64,000 nt of DNA from Eledone cirrhosa (taxonomy: Eukaryota). Below the pieces are notes generated by a model. It searched no databases. It saw nothing but the letters and a program-made list of their open reading frames with translations, and was not told the DNA's origin. The DNA lies in assembly GCA_964016885.1 (NCBI GenBank), contig OZ024741.1, positions 107,942,001-108,006,000 on the forward strand, given 5' to 3'. Shown here in pieces: positions 57,744 through 64,000 of the stretch. How positions within the stretch are numbered: position 1 is the stretch's first letter; each line of letters starts with the position of its first letter. Made by a program: the position numbers and the translations under genes.

Positions 57744-58567
57744 GTCCGGGTATGATTTTACATTCATTTAAATTATTGATGTATTGTTTTATTGATATTT
57801 TTTATCGTATGGTTGATTTTAGACTTGTTCTATGTGTGACGGTATTTTAACGATAGTTATAGCTCTGATTCATCTGAATTATTGAGCCCTCTGCCGCTCA
57901 TTTCGAATATTGTTTATCGTGAACTCGTGCGCCGATTTTTCGATACTCGATCTTTCTAATATTTTTAGCTCTGGACATAGCTATCCACCAGTTAATTTTA
58001 TTGCTCATTTTTTGTCGATTCTATTGAGTGATGAATAGCTCCTGTTTTATTTTAACATGTCTATTGAGCACTCTTATTCGATATGTGTATTTCCACATTT
58101 CCTCGAATAGTTTTCGCGGATGTAGAGGTTATCTCCCTTGTCGAATTCCATGTGCGTATTTCGCTTGTAGTTAGCCTCTTATCCGCTAGGAAAAAGCTCG
58201 TTGATGAAGTAAACTCCATTCCGCTTGCTCTAGTAGTCTTATATATTTATATGTGAGCTGATAGAGTACAGTCTAAGGATTTACAGAAACCCAAGAAGCT
58301 AGATTTAACACCTTTCTAGTGGGTCCGGGTATGATTTTACATTCATTTAAATTATTGATGTATTGTTTTATTGATATTTTTTATCTGTTTGTCCCGAATC
58401 TTCTATTATCGATTTTTTATCGTATGGTTGATTTTAGACTTGTTCTATGTGTGACGGTATTTTAACGATAGTTATAGCTCTGATTCATCTGAATTATTGA
58501 GCCCTCTGCCGCTCATTTCGAATATTGTTTATCGTGAACTCGTGCGCCGATTTTTCGATACTCGATC

Positions 58568-58575
<8 letters not shown>
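57742..58575 (+). mobile_element. ORF-less HHR mini-element with terminal direct repeats (period 579)
   Basis: 57742-57960 repeats at 58321-58575. HHR at 58196-58330: GCTCG-TTGATGA-aGTAAA...TTTACa-GAAA-CCCA...TGGGTC-CGGGT. Confidence 0.75.
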
Positions 58576-58605
<30 letters not shown>

Positions 58606-59716
58606 CCAAAGTATGTTCTTGAAATATCAGGCACGCGATCAAATTCGCCAGCATTATTTGTGCTCGTAAAGCCGTGTGTTGGGGATCTGAAAATATAGTT
58701 GATATAATGCAGATAACTAAAAACATAATTGATGACTATAGTTAAGAGTTGAGTATCTCTATAGACGGAAATATGTAGACAGAGATGTCCGTGAGGAAAC
58801 GAACGACGCATCTTGGTATACCAGATGAACGCATTTAAACATTACACAAAAGTATTGTTTTCGAAAATTTAATCTAAACGAAATTTTAAACACATCTTAG
58901 AATGACTATAACATAATAAAAGCAAACACACTCTCCCGGTACTAAGATGACAAACTTCACCTGGCCACAGTCATCCTTGATACTAAGGTTTCGTCAAAGG
59001 TTGTGGCTATTAGATAAATTAGCTTCATACAATTGGTTGAGAGTTGAAACTTAAAAGTACCAAACAATAAACACAGCTATCATATATGAGGATTGTCGTC
59101 CATTGTATCTCCAAATTCACTTTCCACCAATAATATAAAATCAAATTGAAATTAACTGAAACCTGAAATAATCACTCCATAAAGGCTGAATTATATTTTC
59201 TTTAGAAGGTTTAAGGATTATTTCATTCAGGTAAATCAGGAATGTTTTGACATTCCTGATGTTCCAGACTTAGGAGGTGTCGGCAAAATATCCAGCTGTA
59301 TCGGAGGTGGGCTTTTGTCAGCTGCCTGTGCCACTTTGTTCGGATGGTGAACAGAAATACTGAACACATTCTGCGCTACACGGATACATTGCGAAAGTTG
59401 CTCTTCCGGTGTTCAAACAAGAATTTCTCTGTTTGAGGTTTTCAGAATTAACTACGTTTTTGCGGTGTAGAATCCGCAACATTTGTTTCCAAACATGTAT
59501 ATATGTATGTATATTACATTGCAATATATTACATCATTCCATTCTTATTTATTCCTGTACAGTATGTAATTTCTCGAAAGATTACGCCATCTCTTCTTTC
59601 TCTTTGTATATTTTTCCTTTAGTTTCTTCTTTCTGACAGGGCAATTAATATATCTTTATCATCACGAACACACACACGCACACACACACACATATATATA
59701 CATATATATATATGTA

Positions 59717-59780
<64 letters not shown>

Positions 59781-59793
59781 CACTGACACACAC

Positions 59794-59824
<31 letters not shown>

Positions 59825-59899
59825 TATATTATTGATGGTTTTTCTTTAGAAAACTATCCATTCTTTGATTATGGCTATCGATTATCCATCGACAATAAA

Positions 59900-60400
59900 G
59901 TCTTTTCAGCAAACTTCTCTCAACTGTTAGAGAGCAGTGGTAGGCTGGATCTCCAGATGGAATATAGTGTCTAACTTGGCAGCCTGCTATTGCTCTTGGA
60001 GACGGAAGCGAGGTTTTGCGAAAAAACCTGTTACAGCCACTTAAATAAAGGTGACGATGACAAACTGCACGAGGTGTAAATCGTCTTGTTGGCATTGTCT
60101 TTACATACTGGACTTGTTTGGTGACCTTTTGACAGACGTCTACTGGAACTGGTAGAAGGACGAGAGAGTTCCCAATTCTGTAAACCAAGAGGGATTATGT
60201 TGATCATTTTAGGCACATAACTCTGTTAAATGCAGAGTTTAAAATTGTTGCTAATGTGTTAGCGACGAGGTTAGCGTTTGTTGACGGGATCTGCGCCTTT
60301 CTGAATAAATCCATTCATGTAATACATTATAGAGAATATGCTAAGGAACCTAGCACGAGTGGAGCCCTGATCAGGGTGATCTTGGCTTTTTGTGGGAATT
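59900..60400 (+). mobile_element. Decayed L1/Tx1-type RT fragment
   Basis: FRHITLLNAEFKIVANVLATRL at ~60208-60275. Confidence 0.65.
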
Positions 60401-60557
60401 CTATTGGGGAATTCTTTTATTTTAATTTATTGTTATTTTGTTAACTCTTTTCTTTGTTTATACGATTAATTATCATCTAAATCGTCCCACTCCTTGTTCA
60501 TTTGTTTCGCCCCTTTTTTTCGGTCCTAGTGGCTGATAAAGAAAGAATTATTATTAT

Positions 60558-60765
60558 TATCGGCGGTTGATTGGTAGTATCGTAGAGTGTCGTTAAGAAT
60601 GATATTTAGTACTGGTCCTTTACGTTCTGAGTTCAAATCGCTTCTAGATCAACTTTGCTTTTCGGGGTCGATATAACAAAGTCCCAGAAACAGACTGAGG
60701 TTAATGTAATCGACTTTCACATTCCTTTCAAATTCCTGGCCTTGTGCCAAATGTAGATAAATTAT
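60558..60765 (+). mobile_element. CORE-like SINE
   Basis: A-box-like start, GAGTTCAAATC, CGGGGTCGATA and CTGGCCTTGTGCC tail. Confidence 0.75.
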
Positions 60766-61349
60766 CACGTATGTATTGTGCAGTAAATATGTCGAGTTTC
60801 AACAAGGACCTTAGATGGACAGTATTTTTTTAGTCTATATAGGGTGTCCAACAAGACTGACATTTGGAGGAGAGTAATCTATGATTCGCGGAATATTTCT
60901 TTAAGCCTGTGATAATATGCTTCATTTTTTCTGATATTGTCTTTTATTACTCCATGTAATGTCTTATTAATTTCTAGCATTGTTAGACATTTGTACCTGT
61001 CACTACTTGGAATACTCAGTCGATTATCAGATGTATATTAAATGCCATAACATTTGTTGTTGTAAAACCTTGGGCAGCTTCAGATTTTAAAGAAGCAAGA
61101 GAGAGGGAGCTAGAGAAATGGAGAGAGGGACAGAGAGAGATGGAGAGAGAGAGAGAAGGGGGGGTAGAAAGAGAGGGAGAGGGGAGAAAGTAATATAATA
61201 TAATCGCCTAGAAATAGCCATCAAAACTCCTTTAGATCACACTCTATTTTCTAAAACAGGAGACATCAATTTATCAATAATTTTTTCTACTTTAGGTCTG
61301 AAAATATAGATGGGTGGCCACAGATTGAATGACTTATTTGATACGTATC

Positions 61350-61520
61350 GAACCAAGAAACATCGACCCCAGTACTAGATTAATACTTTTTTATAGACAT
61401 CGAAATAATGAAAGGAGGCAAAATTGACCGCAGTGAGATTTGAACTAAAACAGCAGGGATCCGAAAGGAATAACGCAAAGCATTCTGTCCGACATTCTAA
61501 CGACTGTGCAAACTCATCGT
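61350..61520 (-). mobile_element. Diverged CORE-like SINE
   Basis: ATCGACCCCAGTACT...GAGATTTGAACT. Confidence 0.6.
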
Positions 61521-62807
61521 CTATATTGCATAATTTAGAAACCAATATGTTAACTATTATGTCTTCTACGTAATAATGAACGGAGAATGACCGTAAGGTT
61601 AAGAAGTTTATTTTCATTCGAAGTCCCAGATTCGAATTCACTACTTGACATCTTGGGCAAATGTCACATATCATTGCCTCGGGTATAGCCAAACATTGTG
61701 AGGGAAAGTAGGGATATCCAAAATGTGTCGATTAGTCGTCGAATGGACATGCCAACCTCTAAAACCCCGAAGGAGGAGTACCATGAAAAAAGTGCGCCAA
61801 AACAGGAAGAATTGAGCATAATTAAATCTATACCCATTTTCACAAGTGAAGACATCTCTCACTCACTCCAAAGTGTCTGGGAGATCTCTCCGTCGGACGA
61901 ACAGAGTTGACAGGTCTGATGTATATAATACAAACTTCCTGCTTTATAACATAAAGTATGGCACTGACTCTTCCTGAGAATACGGGTTTAGGGATATATT
62001 CAAACACTTACACATTAATTTTACGAGCCGTCTGTTACGTTGATCGAACAACTCATCGTCGCAACCTACGGAGGTCTACTTTACTATGTAATGGTATATA
62101 TCAGCAGGTACAAAAACATAAAAAAAATAGAACATTGCTGTTATTCTTTCATGTTTTCTCTTTAAAAAATTAGAAAAAAATGAAGCGTAATGTATGTGAA
62201 TTAACTGATAAGACAGAATGTTATTCGTTGCTGAGTCTTCACATTTAAAAAAATAACGTGTTTTTTTTAACAGCTTTATTGAAAGACTTGTGACATTAAG
62301 TGTTTTAAAACACTACGTAAGCGGAAGTTTGGAGGAGGTGGCGTTAATGAGAGTTATCAAGACACAATTTTCTAATTCTGAGAAAAGTTAGTGCGAAAAT
62401 GTTTATAGTTATATGTCTATTTCTGTTTTGTTTTCCTTTTGTATGTATCATAATAATGTTGGGTTTTATACATAATTGTCGAAATATAAATGTTTAGTTC
62501 TCAGTTGACATATGTAGGAGAGAGGGCTGGAAAGCAGTGTGGAAATAAATTCCAGAATAATCGATAATACCAAATATACTTTTGATTAATTAACGACCAT
62601 TCTAATAGCTACTAGATTCATGTAATGTACATATATATACATATATGTGAGTGTGTGTATGTATATATGTATATGTTTATCTCAGGTTGAATCGAGGGTA
62701 ACCATAGTAAGGTACTCAATACATAGCAGAGTATAGATATTTAGCATAGAAATGGCTTCTACAGGACAAGAACTGTTTCATTCAGGAGAAATCATCATAT
62801 ATATATA

Positions 62808-63182
62808 TAATAAAATATAAAAGAAGAACGAACACAGATATATAGATATATGTGTTCAAATCGTAAGGGACCTGATTCGCTAAGGTGAAAAGAATACTAA
62901 TTATAGACAATTGGGTTCGCTTGTCTCAATTTAAAAAAAAATTAAGAAAATAAATACAAACCGGAATTGTGGTAACTTTGCGAAACAACAGTAAGTTGTC
63001 TGGGTGATTGGTAGTTACCACAATTCCGGTTTGTATTTCTTTTCTTAATTTTTTAAAAAATTGACACAAGCGAACCCAATTGTCTATAGTTAGTATTCTT
63101 TTCACCTTAGCGAATCAGGCCCCTTACGATTTGAACACATATATCTATATATCTGTGTTCGTTCTTCTTTTATATTCTATTA
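62808..63182. repeat. Fold-back repeat (~170 bp arms) with a hammerhead 3' half in the loop
   Basis: Arms 62808-62977 and 63013-63182. The loop reads TTGC-GAAA-CAACagtaaGTTGTC-TGGGT. Confidence 0.85.
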
Positions 63183-63295
63183 AAATATACGGCTCAGAAA
63201 TATCTCTTTCTTAGAGCTATTTTGTTGTAAGAGACTATTTTGAGTCCCGAACTCAATATATACATTTGATATATTTATATATATATATATACATT

Positions 63296-63349
<54 letters not shown>

Positions 63350-63569
63350 ACACAGATACATGCGGACATATACATGAATGCATCCGCACCAACCGTGAGT
63401 TAAGGGTGCCAACTTCACCGATGTTGCTCAATGAATGACTGGGACAGACCAATTCGGTTGAACTAGACTGAACCAGTATCAGAGTTAAAAATACATTATG
63501 AAGAGAGAAGAAACATTTAGATATAATTAGTAATAAAATGTATCATACCTAAACTGCTCCTACGGCTTC

Positions 63570-63889
63570 GATATAAATACCCCCTCCGCCTCCGTGGTAT
63601 TTGATTCGGGGTTATAAGAGGCTTAGCTCTGTTTCTCGACCGTTATATCGCGTGACTATCTCCCCCTCCGCCTTTTGGGATTCTTTCTCACGTCGTGTAG
63701 ACGCGTTCTTGAGACTAGTAAAATGAGGTATCCCCTTGATAAGTCGGCAGACATCGCAAGGACTCTATATCTTTATGATATATTGTTTTTGTTTATGCCA
63801 CGAAACTACGTAGTCGAGGAATCTAGGAGCAATTTAGGTATGATACATTTTATTACTAATTATATCTAAATGTTTCTTCTCTCTTCATA

Positions 63890-63890
<1 letters not shown>
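63570..63890 (+). mobile_element. Diverged family B element with U3-A8 hammerhead (63731-63820)
   Basis: Homologous to 9180-9480. TCCCC-TTGATAA-GTCGGCA...TGCCAC-GAAA-CTACGTAGTC-GAGGA. Confidence 0.75.
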
Positions 63891-63963
<73 letters not shown>

Positions 63964-64000
63964 GAGGAGGGATGAGGGAGAAGAATGGAAGTTATCAGTT

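Noticed and set aside
59255-59430. Relatively GC-rich open frame on the minus strand (TPEEQLSQC...PTPPKSG) as a possible host exon
   Set aside because: No recognisable domain or clear splice sites; it needs RNA-seq or a homology search.

Overview
AT-rich animal DNA packed with (TA)n, (CA)n and (GA)n microsatellites. The SINE, RTE and Penelope content suggests a cephalopod, probably Octopus (inference). I found no supportable host gene; almost all tracked ORFs are microsatellite artefacts or transposon debris. The window contains Penelope-like elements (a ~9 kb tandem-plus-inverted insertion, a Neptune-like element and several fragments), RTE and L1/Tx1 LINE remnants, a decayed mariner, a MITE and many tRNA-derived CORE-like SINEs. 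The main unexplained signal is about 30 type I hammerhead ribozyme (HHR) motifs by manual count, from roughly ten sequence families. Several sit in ORF-less tandem monomers (~440-510 nt and ~640-720 nt) that look like retrozymes, and one family shows compensatory base-pair changes. Three families use a variant U3-A8 core (UUGANAA). Many HHRs have family-specific palindromic stem III sequences. Fold-back junctions and element 5' ends repeatedly fall within or next to the ribozyme. All structures were folded by eye, and coordinates may be off by a few bases.
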